Shown in pieces: positions 1-11,882 of a stretch of 64,000 nt of DNA (position 1 is its first letter; every line of letters starts with the position of its first letter). Made by a program: the position numbers and the translations under genes. The notes under the pieces were generated by a model that was not told the origin of the DNA, did not search any database, and saw nothing but the letters and a program-made list of their open reading frames with translations. Source of the stretch: an uncultured Gammaproteobacteria bacterium. Lineage in GTDB: Bacteria; Pseudomonadota; Gammaproteobacteria; GCA-002705445; GCA-002716945. The stretch lies in contig CABYTF010000004.1 of NCBI GenBank assembly GCA_902521725.1, forward strand, positions 19,049-83,048, given 5' to 3'.

Positions 1-803
1 GACTTCCTACGGTTAAGGGTTATCGATATTACATTGATAACAATCTAAAAAGAAAGCCATTATCAAAATCTGAGCAGGAATCAATAAAAAGCCTTATTAG
101 GTCCAATTTGAATGAGAGCTCTATAATTTCATCTGCAACAGAATATATATCTGAGCTATCAGATTTTGCAGCTGTAATTGGCTCGTTCAAAAACGATAAA
201 AAAATATTCAATAAGCTAGAAATTCATGAACTATCGTCAAATAAAGCTCTAGCAGTCGTTTATATGGAGAATGATCATATCGACAATAAAATTATCGATA
301 TAAATGGCTTATCTCTCTCTAAGCTAAATGCGTGTGTGAGTTACTTGAACCAGAATTTCGGTGGTGTAGAGCTGAGAGAGATTCCATCAATTTTGACTAG
401 AGGACTTGAGAGCATACGTGATGAGATTAATACGGCTCTTAAAGTCCTTAATAACTTCATTTATCCGGATGCAGCAGATTTTGTAGTTACTGGCCAAAAA
501 AAACTTGTAGACTCTAGTGATTTTTACTCGATCGATAAAGTAAAAAACTTAGTAGAATTATTCGATAAAAAACAGACACTTAAAGACTTAATGTTAAAAT
601 GCATTAAAAATGAAAACATCCAGATTTATATTGGTGACGAGTCTGGAACAAATTTACTAGCAGACTGCAGTCTAATCTCTGCGCCATACCAGAAAAATAA
701 TGAGACAGTTGGAGTTCTTGGTGTAATTGGTCCAAAAAGGATGGATTATGAGAGAATAGTGGAGATTGTAGATTTTACTGCTAAAATGTTTTCGAAAAAT
801 TAA
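1..803 (+). CDS. hrcA: Heat-inducible transcription repressor HrcA (5' end truncated by window edge; frame is open back to base 3)
   Basis: The frame of ORF 108..803 stays open upstream to the window start. The upstream translation contains GYRYY, and the position just before grpE-dnaK-dnaJ fits hrcA. The tracked start at 108 is TTG. Confidence 0.8.
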   Translation, partial: LPTVKGYRYYIDNNLKRKPLSKSEQESIKSLIRSNLNESSIISSATEYISELSDFAAVIGSFKNDKKIFNKLEIHELSSNKALAVVYMENDHIDNKIIDINGLSLSKLNACVSYLNQNFGGVELREIPSILTRGLESIRDEINTALKVLNNFIYPDAADFVVTGQKKLVDSSDFYSIDKVKNLVELFDKKQTLKDLMLKCIKNENIQIYIGDESGTNLLADCSLISAPYQKNNETVGVLGVIGPKRMDYERIVEIVDFTAKMFSKN

Positions 804-814
804 GGTTCATACAC

Positions 815-1360
815 ATGATCGATAAAGAGAGCAAAACAGAAACTGCGCCTGAGGAAGTCGAGGAATCTGATTCTGAAAATCAAGCTACTTCAGATAACGT
901 AAAGGATAATAAAACCTGGGAAGAAAAATACAATGATACCTATGACGCTCTTCTTAGGGCAAAAGCTGAAGTTGAAAATATAAAAAAAAGGTCTGAAAAA
1001 GAGGTAAGTAATGCATATAAGTTCAGCACAGAATCGATATTTTTAGATTTAATACCTATTTTCGAGTCGCTTGACATTGCAGTTTCCCAAGAGACAGGCA
1101 GCTTAAGTAAAGAAAACTTGATTGAGGGCAATAAACTTCTAAAAAATATGTTTGATTCATTATTAGAAAAAAATTCTCTGGAAGTAATCAATCCAATTAG
1201 TGAAAAATTTGACCCCAATTTGCATCAAGCCATAAAAACTATCGAAAATGACAAAAAAGATGATAATACTGTCGAGGAAGTCCTTCAGAAAGGCTACAAA
1301 TTAGTTGGCAGAGTAATAAAACCTGCTCTGGTAGTGGTAATTAAGAACAAGTTGACTTGA
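815..1360 (+). CDS. grpE: Nucleotide exchange factor GrpE
   Basis: 181 aa with an acidic N-terminus. It sits between hrcA and dnaK, and the ~180 aa size fits GrpE. Confidence 0.85.
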   Translation: MIDKESKTETAPEEVEESDSENQATSDNVKDNKTWEEKYNDTYDALLRAKAEVENIKKRSEKEVSNAYKFSTESIFLDLIPIFESLDIAVSQETGSLSKENLIEGNKLLKNMFDSLLEKNSLEVINPISEKFDPNLHQAIKTIENDKKDDNTVEEVLQKGYKLVGRVIKPALVVVIKNKLT

Positions 1361-1415
1361 AAAATATCATTTTATACCCATATTACCTGTGTAATTAACA
1401 CAACAGGAGAAATTA

Positions 1416-3365
1416 GTGGCAATCATCGGAATAGATTTAGGTACAACTAACTCATGCGTATCCATAATGGATGGCGACAAAACGAAAGTAATTGAAAACA
1501 GCGAGGGTGATAGAACAACCCCATCATATGTTGCATTCACTGATGATAATGAAACGCTAGTTGGTCAATCAGCTAAAAGACAGGCTGTGACTAATCCATC
1601 CAATACTCTGTATGCTATCAAACGTCTAATTGGAAGAAAGTTTGATGAAGAAGCAGTTCAAAAGGATATCAAGCTAGTTCCATACTCTATTGTTAAAAAT
1701 ACAAATGATGACGCTTGGGTTGAAGTTAATGGTAAAAAAATGGCGCCGCCAGAAGTATCAGCAAAAATACTTATGAAAATGAAACAAACTGCAGAGGATT
1801 ATCTTGGTGCAGAAGTTAAGGAAGCCGTAATAACTGTTCCAGCGTATTTTAATGACTCACAAAGACAAGCAACAAAGGATGCTGGTAAAATTGCAGGTCT
1901 TGATGTTAAAAGAATTATAAATGAACCAACAGCAGCTGCTCTTGCATATGGTCTTGATAAAGCATCCAACGAAAAGAAAGTTGTTGTCTATGACTTGGGT
2001 GGAGGAACTTTCGACGTATCAATAATTGAAATGACTAAGATTGATGGTGAACAGCAATTCGAGGTTTTATCAACTAGTGGTGATACGTTCCTTGGCGGTG
2101 AAGATTTTGATTTAAGATTAATTGACTATCTTGTTGATGAATTTAAAAAAGATCAAGGCATTGACCTCAAACAGGATCCACTTGCGATTCAAAGGCTTAA
2201 AGAAGCGGCTGAGAAAGCAAAGATAGAGCTATCATCAAGCTCACAAACAGACATTAATCTTCCTTACGTGACAGCTGATGCGTCAGGGCCAAAACACATG
2301 AATCTTAAACTGAGTCGAGCTAAATTAGAATCCCTAGTGGATGATCTAGTTCAGAAAACATTGGAACCATGCAAGACGGCTCTTAAAGATGCAGGGATTT
2401 CTGTGAGTGATATTGGCGAGGTAATTCTCGTTGGTGGTCAAACACGTATGCCTAAAGTACAGGAAATTGTAAAAGATTTCTTCAACAGAGAGCCAAAAAA
2501 AGATGTCAATCCTGATGAAGCTGTAGCCATGGGCGCAGCTATTCAAGCCGGTGTTCTTGGAGGCGATGTTAAAGACGTGCTACTGCTCGATGTTACACCG
2601 TTAACACTTGGTATTGAGACTATGGGTGGTGTCAGAACTCCATTGATAGAAAAAAACACAACTATACCAACTAAAAAATCACAGGTATTTTCAACTGCTG
2701 AGGATAATCAGCCAGCTGTTACAGTCCATGTACTCCAAGGTGAAAGGGAAGTTGCATCTGGCAATAAGTCCCTAGGTAAGTTTGATTTATCAGATATACC
2801 ACCAGCACCAAGAGGCACACCTCAGATTGAAGTCACATTTGATATTGATGCTAATGGAATATTGAATGTCTCCGCAAAAGACAAAGCTACTGGAAAAGAA
2901 CAATCGATCATAATCAAAGCCTCAAGCGGTCTCAGTGAAGAAGAAATCAATAGCATGGTAAAAGATGCTGAGAAACATGCTGAAGCAGATAAAAAGGTCA
3001 AAGAACTTGTTGATGCAAAAAATCAAGCAGAAGCTATGATTAATGGATCTGAAAAAGCTATTAAAGATTTGGGCGACAAAGCTGATAAATCTGATGTAGA
3101 TTCCACAAATAAGGCTATCGAAGATCTTAGAGAAGCTATAAAGACTGATGAGATAGAAAAAATAAAAGATCTGACAATGAAGCTTACTGAGGTTGCTGGT
3201 AAAATCGCGCAACAAGCTTATCAGGAACAAGCTCAAGCAGCAGGTCAGACAACGGAGGGCGTCGATGGAAATGACAATGCAAATCCATCGAATAAAAACG
3301 CTGTAGATGCTGAATTTCAAGAAGTTGAAGATAGCCAAGACGAACCAAAAGAAAACACTAAGTAA
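1416..3365 (+). CDS. dnaK: Chaperone DnaK (Hsp70)
   Basis: Has [20 protein letters not shown] and a C-terminal EEV-type tail. GTG start with AGGAGA RBS at 1405-1410. Confidence 0.97.
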   Translation: MAIIGIDLGTTNSCVSIMDGDKTKVIENSEGDRTTPSYVAFTDDNETLVGQSAKRQAVTNPSNTLYAIKRLIGRKFDEEAVQKDIKLVPYSIVKNTNDDAWVEVNGKKMAPPEVSAKILMKMKQTAEDYLGAEVKEAVITVPAYFNDSQRQATKDAGKIAGLDVKRIINEPTAAALAYGLDKASNEKKVVVYDLGGGTFDVSIIEMTKIDGEQQFEVLSTSGDTFLGGEDFDLRLIDYLVDEFKKDQGIDLKQDPLAIQRLKEAAEKAKIELSSSSQTDINLPYVTADASGPKHMNLKLSRAKLESLVDDLVQKTLEPCKTALKDAGISVSDIGEVILVGGQTRMPKVQEIVKDFFNREPKKDVNPDEAVAMGAAIQAGVLGGDVKDVLLLDVTPLTLGIETMGGVRTPLIEKNTTIPTKKSQVFSTAEDNQPAVTVHVLQGEREVASGNKSLGKFDLSDIPPAPRGTPQIEVTFDIDANGILNVSAKDKATGKEQSIIIKASSGLSEEEINSMVKDAEKHAEADKKVKELVDAKNQAEAMINGSEKAIKDLGDKADKSDVDSTNKAIEDLREAIKTDEIEKIKDLTMKLTEVAGKIAQQAYQEQAQAAGQTTEGVDGNDNANPSNKNAVDAEFQEVEDSQDEPKENTK

Positions 3366-4483
3366 TGGCAAAAGCCGATTATTATAATTTGCTCGGCGTA
3401 TCTCGAGACGCCTCTGAGCAAGAGCTTAAAAGAGCATATAAGAAATTGGCTATGAAATATCATCCTGATCGAAATCAGGGTGATAAGAATGCTGAGAAAA
3501 AATTTAAAGAAGTTTCAGAAGCTTACGAAGTCCTCTCAGACCAAAATAAAAGGCAAGCATATGATCAGTTCGGACATGAAGGTTTAGATCAGAGATTTGG
3601 TCAAGGCGGAGGTTTTCAGGGAGGTTCTTTTAATGATATTTTTGGTGATGTCTTTGGTGACATTTTCGGTGGAGGTTCAAGATCTCAAACTAGGGCGAGA
3701 AGAGGCTCAGATTTAGAGTATAGAATTGAGGTATCTCTTGAGGATGCTATCAAAGGAAAAGAGATAAAGATTAGTGTACCAAGAAGAGTTAGTTGTAAAT
3801 CTTGCAATGGAACTGGCGCTAAAAATGGAACTGCTTTAAAAACTTGCGACCATTGTAATGGTCAGGGTCAAGTAAGAGTAAGTCAGGGTTTTTTCTCGGT
3901 TCAACAAACGTGTCCTGTTTGTAAAGGAAAAGGTAGTGTTATCGAAGAGAGCTGTCCTGATTGTAGTGGATCTGGATTTATTCAGGAAACAAAAAAATTA
4001 GCAGTTAAAATTCCTGCTGGGGTAGATAATGGAGATCAGATTAGGCTTTCAGGAGAAGGCGAGGGCGGACCTAATAACGGAGTGCCTGGTGATTTGTATG
4101 TATCAGTAAGCGTTAAACCTCATAAGTTTTTTCAAAGAGATGGAGATGATATTTTGTGCGAGGTACCAATTAGTTTTACATCCGCAACATTAGGTGACAA
4201 GATAATATTGCCAACACTTGAGGGTAAAGTTGAATTAACTGTTCCAGCTGGCACTCAAAGCGGTAGAGCATTTAGGATAAAAAATAAAGGTGTTAAATCT
4301 GTAAGATCATCGTATAAAGGCGACTTATATTGTAAAGTAAACATAGAAACTCCAGTGAACTTAACTAAAGAGCAAAAAGAATTACTGAATAAACTAGATG
4401 AGTCATTTTCTAAAAGTAAATCAAAACATAGACCTAATGAAAAATCATGGCTAGATGGAATAAAAGAATTTTTTGATAAATGA
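3365..4483 (+). CDS. dnaJ: Chaperone DnaJ
   Basis: J-domain with HPDRN, a G/F-rich region and four CxxCxGxG zinc-finger repeats. Confidence 0.95.
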   Translation: MAKADYYNLLGVSRDASEQELKRAYKKLAMKYHPDRNQGDKNAEKKFKEVSEAYEVLSDQNKRQAYDQFGHEGLDQRFGQGGGFQGGSFNDIFGDVFGDIFGGGSRSQTRARRGSDLEYRIEVSLEDAIKGKEIKISVPRRVSCKSCNGTGAKNGTALKTCDHCNGQGQVRVSQGFFSVQQTCPVCKGKGSVIEESCPDCSGSGFIQETKKLAVKIPAGVDNGDQIRLSGEGEGGPNNGVPGDLYVSVSVKPHKFFQRDGDDILCEVPISFTSATLGDKIILPTLEGKVELTVPAGTQSGRAFRIKNKGVKSVRSSYKGDLYCKVNIETPVNLTKEQKELLNKLDESFSKSKSKHRPNEKSWLDGIKEFFDK

Positions 4484-5202
4484 CAAATAGTAAAATAGCT
4501 ATCAATGGATTTTTCGGGAGAATGGGTCAAGCAATCTATGAATTATCTTTGGAACAAAAGTTTAATGTTACACTAGGAGTGGACAAGAAAGAGAAATTAC
4601 AATCCGATTTGAATCTAAAATTATCTGATAACTTATCTAAATATTCCGAATTATTTGATGTGGTGATAGATTTTTCACTACCAGAGCCATGTCTTAACGC
4701 TGTAAAGGAATGTCAAATCCTGAATAAACCAATCACTATCGGAACAACTGGATTTAATTCCGAGCAAAAGGAAATACTTGTTGAGGCTAGCAATGATATA
4801 CCTTTACTACTAGCGCCTAATATGAGTATAGGTGTTAATGCCACTCTAAGATCTATCTCTGAACTGTCTAAACTATTGTCGAAATATGAAGTTTCGATAG
4901 AGGAAACACATCATAAAAATAAGCTTGATTCTCCATCCGGAACAGCTCTGAAGATTGCCGAAGTAATAGCAAAGTCTCGACAGTCGAATTTAAGTGACAT
5001 TAAGATTGAATCATTTAGAGAAGAGGGCGAAGTAGGTATTCATAAGACTGTTTTTAAATCACCAGATGATGAGATAATTCTTTACCATAACGCCTATAAT
5101 AGAAAGATATTTGCACAAGGTGCACTTGATACCTCTCAATGGATTTCAAATCAGAGTAGTGGCTTTTATACATATGAGAATTATTTGGAGGATATTTCTT
5201 GA
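4480..5202 (+). CDS. dapB: 4-hydroxy-tetrahydrodipicolinate reductase
   Basis: GRMGQ NAD(P)-binding N-terminus, IGTTGF, and [13 protein letters not shown] matching the DapB HHxxKxDxPSGTA motif. Confidence 0.85.
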   Translation: MTNSKIAINGFFGRMGQAIYELSLEQKFNVTLGVDKKEKLQSDLNLKLSDNLSKYSELFDVVIDFSLPEPCLNAVKECQILNKPITIGTTGFNSEQKEILVEASNDIPLLLAPNMSIGVNATLRSISELSKLLSKYEVSIEETHHKNKLDSPSGTALKIAEVIAKSRQSNLSDIKIESFREEGEVGIHKTVFKSPDDEIILYHNAYNRKIFAQGALDTSQWISNQSSGFYTYENYLEDIS

Positions 5203-6125
5203 ACATTGCTGTCGTATTTCCGGGACAAGGATCGCAAAACGAAGATATGGCTGATAGCTTTAGTGATGTAAGTTCATTTAATGATGTAATTGATCAGGGC
5301 TCTGAAATACTTAATTACGATGTTAGAGAAGCTATTAAAGATGAACAAAAGGTTAATGATACGATTTATACACAACCGTTAATGCTTACAATATCTTATG
5401 CGATGTGGGATACATTGATTAAGAAGACAAGTATAAAAGCAAATATTGGAGCAGGACACAGCCTAGGTGAGTATACAGCACTTGTAGCAAACAATACTAT
5501 CTCTTTTCATGATGCACTCATGTTGGTAAAAAAACGTGCTGAGTTTATGTCCTCAGCCATGGTGGACGTTAATGGTGCTATGGCAGCAGTAATTGGGCTG
5601 GATGGTAATAAAGTAAGAGATATATGTAGAGAAGCATCAAAAGACGGAGCAATTATAGAAGCTGTCAATTTTAATTGCCCTGGTCAAACGGTTATCGCTG
5701 GTCATAATGATTCGGTTGAGGATATAACGACTGTTTTGAAAACCTCTGGAGCAAAGATTGTAAAAAAATTACCAGTTTCTCTTGCTGCACATACCTCACT
5801 TCTTAAATCTGTCTCAAATGATTTGCGTGATGAGCTGAAAGGGATTAACTTTAATTTAGATAATTCATTTGATGTGATTCATAATTATGATTTATCAGTA
5901 AGCAAAAATAAGGAAAGGTTCATTGATTGTTTATCCATGCAAGTATGCTCTCCAGTTCGATGGATTGAAACTATGCAAACCTTTAAAAGTAATGATGTCT
6001 CAGATGTTATTGAGGTCGGTCCTGGTAATGTCTTACAAGGGCTAGTCAAAAGATTTGATAAAACTATTCGCGTTCATTCTTTCAGTAATATTGAAGATAT
6101 AAATTCACTCCAGCAGGTACTATAA
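5199..6125 (+). CDS. fabD: Malonyl CoA-ACP transacylase
   Basis: FPGQGSQ and GHSLGEY active-site motifs. Its position within the fab cluster supports the call. Confidence 0.93.
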   Translation: MNIAVVFPGQGSQNEDMADSFSDVSSFNDVIDQGSEILNYDVREAIKDEQKVNDTIYTQPLMLTISYAMWDTLIKKTSIKANIGAGHSLGEYTALVANNTISFHDALMLVKKRAEFMSSAMVDVNGAMAAVIGLDGNKVRDICREASKDGAIIEAVNFNCPGQTVIAGHNDSVEDITTVLKTSGAKIVKKLPVSLAAHTSLLKSVSNDLRDELKGINFNLDNSFDVIHNYDLSVSKNKERFIDCLSMQVCSPVRWIETMQTFKSNDVSDVIEVGPGNVLQGLVKRFDKTIRVHSFSNIEDINSLQQVL

Positions 6126-6133
6126 TATAACTC

Positions 6134-6862
6134 ATGAAAGATAAGATCATACTCGTTACGGGCGCTAATAGAGGGATAGGGCTAAACATCATACAAAGAC
6201 TTAATAATGACGGTTACACCGTAATCGGCACCTCTAGAACTGACGATGGTGCAAATATAATATCGCAAGAAATCAACAGTAATGGTGGGAAAGGATTAAA
6301 AATGGATGTTACAAATCAAGAGTCTATTAATTCTGCTATAAAAAATATTCAGGATGAATACGGTACACTTTTTGGACTTGTAAATAATGCAGGTATTACT
6401 AATGACAATTTATTAATGAGAATGACCGATGAGCAATGGTCGTCAGTTATAGAAACTAATTTAACTTCTATCTATAGAGTAACTAAATCGATTGTTAAAG
6501 ATATGATGAAAGCGAGAGAAGGACGCATAGTAAACATCGGGTCTATTGTTGGCATGATGGGTAATGCAGGCCAATCAAATTACTCTGCATCTAAATCTGG
6601 CCTTTTAGGATTCACAAAATCTCTTGCGAGAGAGCTATCATCGAGAAATATTAACGTAAACTCAATTTCACCTGGTTTTATAGATACTGACATGACCAAA
6701 GCTTTATCTGAAGATCAAATTGATAATCTCTCTAAAAATATACCTTTAGGTAGAATCGCGGAATCATCTGAAGTTTCAAGCGTCGTCTCTTTTTTACTAT
6801 CTGATGATTCATCATATATAACTGGTGAAAATATTAATGTAAATGGCGGCTTATATATGTAA
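6134..6862 (+). CDS. fabG: 3-oxoacyl-ACP reductase
   Basis: SDR with TGANRGIG and YSASK motifs, sitting between fabD and acpP. Confidence 0.93.
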   Translation: MKDKIILVTGANRGIGLNIIQRLNNDGYTVIGTSRTDDGANIISQEINSNGGKGLKMDVTNQESINSAIKNIQDEYGTLFGLVNNAGITNDNLLMRMTDEQWSSVIETNLTSIYRVTKSIVKDMMKAREGRIVNIGSIVGMMGNAGQSNYSASKSGLLGFTKSLARELSSRNINVNSISPGFIDTDMTKALSEDQIDNLSKNIPLGRIAESSEVSSVVSFLLSDDSSYITGENINVNGGLYM

Positions 6863-6910
6863 AAATACATATAATTTTAATCAAAATTAATTCGATAGGA
6901 GAATGTAATA

Positions 6911-7144
6911 ATGAGTAGTGTAGAGGAAAGAGTAAAGAATATTATCGTTACTCAGCTGGGTGTAAAAGCGGAAGATGTAAAGAATGAATCTAAATTTATA
7001 GATGATTTAGGTGCTGATTCTCTTGATACTGTTGAATTAGTTATGGCGCTCGAAGAAGAGTTTGAAACGGAAATCCCTGATGAAGAAGCTGAAAAAATAA
7101 CTTCTGTTCAGGAAGCTATAGATTACGTCAACGCAAATCAATAA
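6911..7144 (+). CDS. acpP: Acyl carrier protein
   Basis: 77 aa with DLGADSLD phosphopantetheine attachment motif. Confidence 0.95.
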   Translation: MSSVEERVKNIIVTQLGVKAEDVKNESKFIDDLGADSLDTVELVMALEEEFETEIPDEEAEKITSVQEAIDYVNANQ

Positions 7145-7146
7145 TT

Positions 7147-8391
7147 ATGACTAGAAAACGTGTGGTAGTCACCGGCATAGGATGTCTGACACCAATTGGA
7201 TGTAATAAAGACGACTTCTGGAAATCTCTTTTAGAAGGCAAGTCTGGTGCTAAGACCATCGATTTTCTAGACGTTGATAAACTACCTGTAAAATTCTCTG
7301 CATCTGTAAAAGATTTTCAATCTGATAAATACTTCGACAAAAAAGACTTAAAAAAAATGGATCTTTTTATGCAATATGGTATGGCTGCCGGTATAGATGC
7401 TATAGCTGATGCAAAATTATTAGAATCTCAATGTAATCCCGATAGAATTGGTGTTTCTATTGGCTCAGGCATAGGCGGACTTTATAATATAGAAAATACT
7501 AGAGATACATTTATCAAAAGTGGCTCAAGAAGAATATCACCTTTTTTTGTACCTGCTAGTATCATTAACATGATTTCAGGTAACTTATCTATCAAATATG
7601 GTTTTAAAGGTCCTAATTTATCTATTGTCACAGCATGCACAACTGGGACGCATAACATTGGCGAGGGTTTCAGGCAAATACAATATTCTCACGCAGATGT
7701 GATGATATGTGGTGGAGCAGAAATGGCTACTTCAGATTTAGGTGTGGGTGGATTTGCAGCTGCAAGGGCATTGTCTACTCGCAACGACTCGCCAGAGACA
7801 GCGAGCAGACCATGGGATAAAGACAGAGATGGTTTTGTTTTAGGAGATGGTGCAGGAGTAATTGTTCTGGAGGAGTTAGAGCACGCAAAAAAAAGAGGCG
7901 CAAAGATATATGCTGAAATAAACGGCTATGGCATGAGTGCAGATGCCTATCATATGACGCTTCCATCTGAAACAGGGGAGGGTGCATCTAGATGTATGAC
8001 GCTAGCCCTTGAAGATGCAAACTTAGATCCATCAAACATTGATTATATTAACGCTCATGGAACCTCTACACCTGCAGGTGATATTCTAGAGGTAAAAGCT
8101 GTGAAAAAAACATTTGGATCTCATTCTAAAAACCTTATTATCAATTCAACAAAGTCCATGATTGGGCACCTTCTGGGTGCAGCAGGTGGTGTTGAAGCTA
8201 TCGTATGTATACTTTCGATATTAAACGGCAAGATTCATCAAACAATAAATATTGAAAACCTGGATCAAGAATGTGATTTAAATGTAAATCATAAATCTTC
8301 TATCGATTGCGATATTAATTTCGCCTTATCTAACTCATTTGGTTTTGGAGGCACAAACGGATCTCTAATTTTTTCAAAATTTAAAGACTAA
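7147..8391 (+). CDS. fabF: 3-oxoacyl-ACP synthase II
   Basis: KAS II with the catalytic ACTTG and HGTSTPAGD motifs, immediately after acpP. Confidence 0.93.
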   Translation: MTRKRVVVTGIGCLTPIGCNKDDFWKSLLEGKSGAKTIDFLDVDKLPVKFSASVKDFQSDKYFDKKDLKKMDLFMQYGMAAGIDAIADAKLLESQCNPDRIGVSIGSGIGGLYNIENTRDTFIKSGSRRISPFFVPASIINMISGNLSIKYGFKGPNLSIVTACTTGTHNIGEGFRQIQYSHADVMICGGAEMATSDLGVGGFAAARALSTRNDSPETASRPWDKDRDGFVLGDGAGVIVLEELEHAKKRGAKIYAEINGYGMSADAYHMTLPSETGEGASRCMTLALEDANLDPSNIDYINAHGTSTPAGDILEVKAVKKTFGSHSKNLIINSTKSMIGHLLGAAGGVEAIVCILSILNGKIHQTINIENLDQECDLNVNHKSSIDCDINFALSNSFGFGGTNGSLIFSKFKD

Positions 8392-8397
8392 TTCCAC

Positions 8398-9204
8398 TTG
8401 AAAACACAAGTCTTTATAAATCCAAAATCTATTCCAGTTAATGATAGGGCATTTAATTATGGCGATGGTCTGTTTGAAACTATTTTAGTAAATAATGGAG
8501 AGCCTCTCTTCCTTAAAGAGCACTTGATAAGGCTTAATTCAGGATGTAAGAAGTTAAGGATTGAATTACCATCACAAACACTTATTGAGAAATCTATTAA
8601 TAAATCTATAGGAAATACAAAAAAATGTATTATAAAAATAATATACAGCAGAGGTATATCTTCACATGGCTATGGCTATGATAAAAAAGTAAAACCTCAA
8701 TTATATATAATCAAAAAGAAAACTACACATATCAGAAGATCACTTTTCATTTCATTGCGATATTCTAAATATAAATTGTGTGATAATCCTTATTTATCAA
8801 AGATTAAACATTTGAATAGACTGGAACAGATCCTCGGATTTACTTTTGCTGACAGGAAAGAAAGTAATAATATTTTAATTGATAAAAATGACAATATTAT
8901 AGAGTGCATTTCCTCTAATATATTTCTATACACAATTAAGAAAAATAGTTTTAATTTTGTCACCCCTGATTTGTCTAATTCTGGTGTAGATGGGATAATG
9001 AAAAAGGTTATTATAAAATTTATGAAAAGAAAAAAAATCAATATATCTGAGAATACTATTAATCAAAAAGATATCAGAAAATTTCATGGAGCTTTTATAT
9101 GTAATTCGGTAACGGGTATTCAATTCGTTAGGAAGATAGGTGAACATGCTTTAAGTCACTCAAGAGAATTAGAGGCTATCCTGGATAAATTTGTCTATGA
9201 GTAA
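8398..9204 (+). CDS. pabC: Aminodeoxychorismate lyase (class IV aminotransferase fold)
   Basis: Begins with NYGDGLFET-like class IV PLP enzyme N-terminus. It occupies the conserved fabF-pabC-tmk-holB position. TTG start. Confidence 0.7.
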   Translation: MKTQVFINPKSIPVNDRAFNYGDGLFETILVNNGEPLFLKEHLIRLNSGCKKLRIELPSQTLIEKSINKSIGNTKKCIIKIIYSRGISSHGYGYDKKVKPQLYIIKKKTTHIRRSLFISLRYSKYKLCDNPYLSKIKHLNRLEQILGFTFADRKESNNILIDKNDNIIECISSNIFLYTIKKNSFNFVTPDLSNSGVDGIMKKVIIKFMKRKKINISENTINQKDIRKFHGAFICNSVTGIQFVRKIGEHALSHSRELEAILDKFVYE

Positions 9205-9817
9205 ATTTATTGTTGTAGAAGGGAGCGAGGGTGTAGGCAAGTCTACTCAGATTAAAACTATAAAATCATTTCTCGAAGAATATAAAATTGAATATATTGT
9301 CACAAGAGAGCCGGGAGGAACATCATTCGGTGAATCAATTCGATCTATAATCCTTGATCAGAATAACGACACGGATAATCTAACTGATTCCTTACTATTT
9401 TATGCATCAAGATACGAGAACTATAATAAAGTTATTCTGCCAGCGCTGAAAAATGGAAAAACCGTGATATGTGATAGATTCCATTACTCAACCCTCGTAT
9501 ATCAGGGGATAGTTGGTGATGATGAATTAGTTAAAAAGATACATAATATATTTGATGCTATATTTTCAAAATCTATTGATCATATTATCTATTTATATAC
9601 AGATCCAGAAGAGAGTTTGAAAAGAATATCAAGAAGATCAATAACTGATAAGTTTGAGAGTAGAGGTCTTGAATATTTGAATAAATTAAACAAAGCTTAT
9701 GAATCAATTTTTTCTGATATGGAGAATGTGATTAAATTAAATACCTCGAGAGATAAAGAAATCACAAAAAAAAATCTTCTCGAAAAACTGAAGACTATAT
9801 TTACAACTCATGATTAA
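9191..9817 (+). CDS. tmk: Thymidylate kinase
   Basis: FIVVEGSEGVGKST P-loop and REPGGT motif. Confidence 0.9.
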   Translation: MSMSKFIVVEGSEGVGKSTQIKTIKSFLEEYKIEYIVTREPGGTSFGESIRSIILDQNNDTDNLTDSLLFYASRYENYNKVILPALKNGKTVICDRFHYSTLVYQGIVGDDELVKKIHNIFDAIFSKSIDHIIYLYTDPEESLKRISRRSITDKFESRGLEYLNKLNKAYESIFSDMENVIKLNTSRDKEITKKNLLEKLKTIFTTHD

Positions 9818-10709
9818 TAAATTCTCCTTAGATCATCAATCAAAAAATTATTTGATCATATCCTCTGATATAGTATCGCGTTATGAGGCAGTGATCACAA
9901 AAGTAGGTGAGTACTTTGACAAATCCGTTGAGAAGATACTTGAAAATCCTGATGTCATGTATGTGTCACTTCCCGTTATTGATAAATCTGGAAATATTAC
10001 GTCGACGTTGTCAAATTATGAGCTACAAATGCGCGAATACGGTTTACTTGATAAATTAGATACTAATAGAATCGGAAACGAAATAACTATAGATCAAATC
10101 AGAGAGGTAATATCATTTACTCAAATCTCTGCACATAAAAATAAAAAAATCATCATATTAAACAGTGCTTCGAATATGAATAAGGAAGCATCTTCAGCTC
10201 TTCTTAAGACACTTGAGGAAGTTTCATCAAATTGTACTTTTATATTGCTAGCGAGTTCACTCAATAGTATTGCAGAAACCATAAAAAGTAGGTGCCAAGT
10301 ATTACAACACGAACAAAATTTCGAGATGGATAAGAATTCTAACTTTCAAGACTTCTTTTTTTCGAAACACCCTTTTTTAAGGAATATTGATCCTGATTAT
10401 AATATTTTTAATCTTACAGAGAGCATAAAGGTACAAATTGACGGACTTTTAGACAAAACACTTGATCCTATAGACGTCTCTAATGAATGGAATAGTTTGC
10501 ACTTAAATCTTATTGTCTGTGTTGTTATTGAATATATTATTTTTAATTGTAAGAATGCAATATATAAGCCATTTGATCAGTCATTAGATCAATATCACAA
10601 AAAGCTAGTTGATATATATACTAAGATTCCGCTAATCAAGAAAAACATAAACCTAAATATAAATACAAAGTACTTATTGAATAACCTTACGATTGAATTA
10701 GCTTCTTAA
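9810..10709 (+). CDS. holB: DNA polymerase III subunit delta'
   Basis: Has NALLKTLEE and the KSRC sensor motif but no Walker A, as expected for delta'. It follows tmk. Confidence 0.75.
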   Translation: MINKFSLDHQSKNYLIISSDIVSRYEAVITKVGEYFDKSVEKILENPDVMYVSLPVIDKSGNITSTLSNYELQMREYGLLDKLDTNRIGNEITIDQIREVISFTQISAHKNKKIIILNSASNMNKEASSALLKTLEEVSSNCTFILLASSLNSIAETIKSRCQVLQHEQNFEMDKNSNFQDFFFSKHPFLRNIDPDYNIFNLTESIKVQIDGLLDKTLDPIDVSNEWNSLHLNLIVCVVIEYIIFNCKNAIYKPFDQSLDQYHKKLVDIYTKIPLIKKNINLNINTKYLLNNLTIELAS

Positions 10710-10727
10710 TCATAATACTATCCAACT

Positions 10728-11882
10728 ATGAAAAAATCAGATAACAATGTTGTTAGTTTATTTGAGCAAACAAATCAGGGTGTTCAAAAAGCTGTTTTAA
10801 CTGACTCCATGAAAATGAAAAGAGGAGGCTCCTTATCTAATCCTATAGTAGCTTATGAAACCTGGGGCAAGTTATCTAAACAAAAGGATAATGTAATTGT
10901 CATTCTAACAGGTCTCAGCGCAAGTTCACATGTTGCCTCTCATTCTAATAATTCTAAACCAGGATGGTGGGAAGGGATAGTCGGTCCAGATAAGGCTATC
11001 GATACAAATAAATTTTATGTGATATGTGTTAATTCACTCGGTAGTTGTTTTGGCTCTACAGGTCCAGCATCCATCAATCAAATCACTGGTGAGCCTTTTA
11101 GGTTAACTTTTCCTGAGCTTACAATTGATGATATGGCGACTGCAACTAAACTTCTTTTAGATAAGTTGGATATAAAACAAATTAATACTTTAGTGGGACC
11201 TTCTATGGGTGGAATGCATGCCTTAGCGTTAATCATTCAAAATAATGACTTTGTACGAAACTTCATAGCTATCTCTACTGCATTTCAGTCATTACCTTAT
11301 GCGATAGCTATAAGGTCACTGCAAAGAGAGGTTATTAGAAAAGATCCCCTATGGAAAAATGGCTATTATACACATGATAGTCAGCCATTAAACGGTGTTC
11401 GAATTGCTAGAAAATTAGGAATGATATCCTATCGTTCTGCAAATGAATGGGCACAGAGATTTGGTAGGAAAAAATCATCTAAAAATAATATAACTCAAAA
11501 TACATTTGGTATAGAAAATACAGGTTTTGAATTCGAAATAGAGTCTTATTTAGAACACTTGGCTGTGAAATTCCAAGATGTATTTGATGCTAATTGCTAT
11601 TTATATCTTTCGAGATCAATTGATTGGTTTGATATAATTGATTATGGATCTTCTTCTGAAGAAGTTTTGGGTAAAACCGGATTAGAGAGCGCTTTGATAC
11701 TAGGCGTTGAGTCAGATATATTATTTCCAATAAATCAACAAAAAGAACTCGCTGAGTATCTATCTACTAATTCTACAAAAGTCACATATAAAAGTTTAGA
11801 CTGTATACAGGGTCATGATTCATTTTTAGTTGATATCGAGAGATTTTCTGAAGAAATTAGATGTTACTTAAAAGATATTTAG
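10728..11882 (+). CDS. metX: Homoserine O-acyltransferase (alpha/beta hydrolase)
   Basis: GWWEGIVGPDKAIDTNKFYVICVN, STGPAS and the GPSMGGM nucleophile elbow match MetX. Confidence 0.8.
   Translation: MKKSDNNVVSLFEQTNQGVQKAVLTDSMKMKRGGSLSNPIVAYETWGKLSKQKDNVIVILTGLSASSHVASHSNNSKPGWWEGIVGPDKAIDTNKFYVICVNSLGSCFGSTGPASINQITGEPFRLTFPELTIDDMATATKLLLDKLDIKQINTLVGPSMGGMHALALIIQNNDFVRNFIAISTAFQSLPYAIAIRSLQREVIRKDPLWKNGYYTHDSQPLNGVRIARKLGMISYRSANEWAQRFGRKKSSKNNITQNTFGIENTGFEFEIESYLEHLAVKFQDVFDANCYLYLSRSIDWFDIIDYGSSSEEVLGKTGLESALILGVESDILFPINQQKELAEYLSTNSTKVTYKSLDCIQGHDSFLVDIERFSEEIRCYLKDI

Noticed and set aside
108..803. hrcA called as a complete 231-aa gene starting at 108
   Set aside because: Base 108 is a TTG. 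The frame is open back to base 3 with HrcA-like sequence, so the gene is 5' truncated by the window rather than short.
940..1218. 92-aa minus-strand ORF within grpE
   Set aside because: Overlaps a confident gene on the other strand. No motif.
2346..3371. Antisense ORFs 2346..2546 and 2922..3371 inside dnaK
   Set aside because: They lie entirely inside a highly conserved CDS on the opposite strand, have low-complexity Phe/Ile-rich translations and no start context. They are typical AT-rich antisense artefacts.
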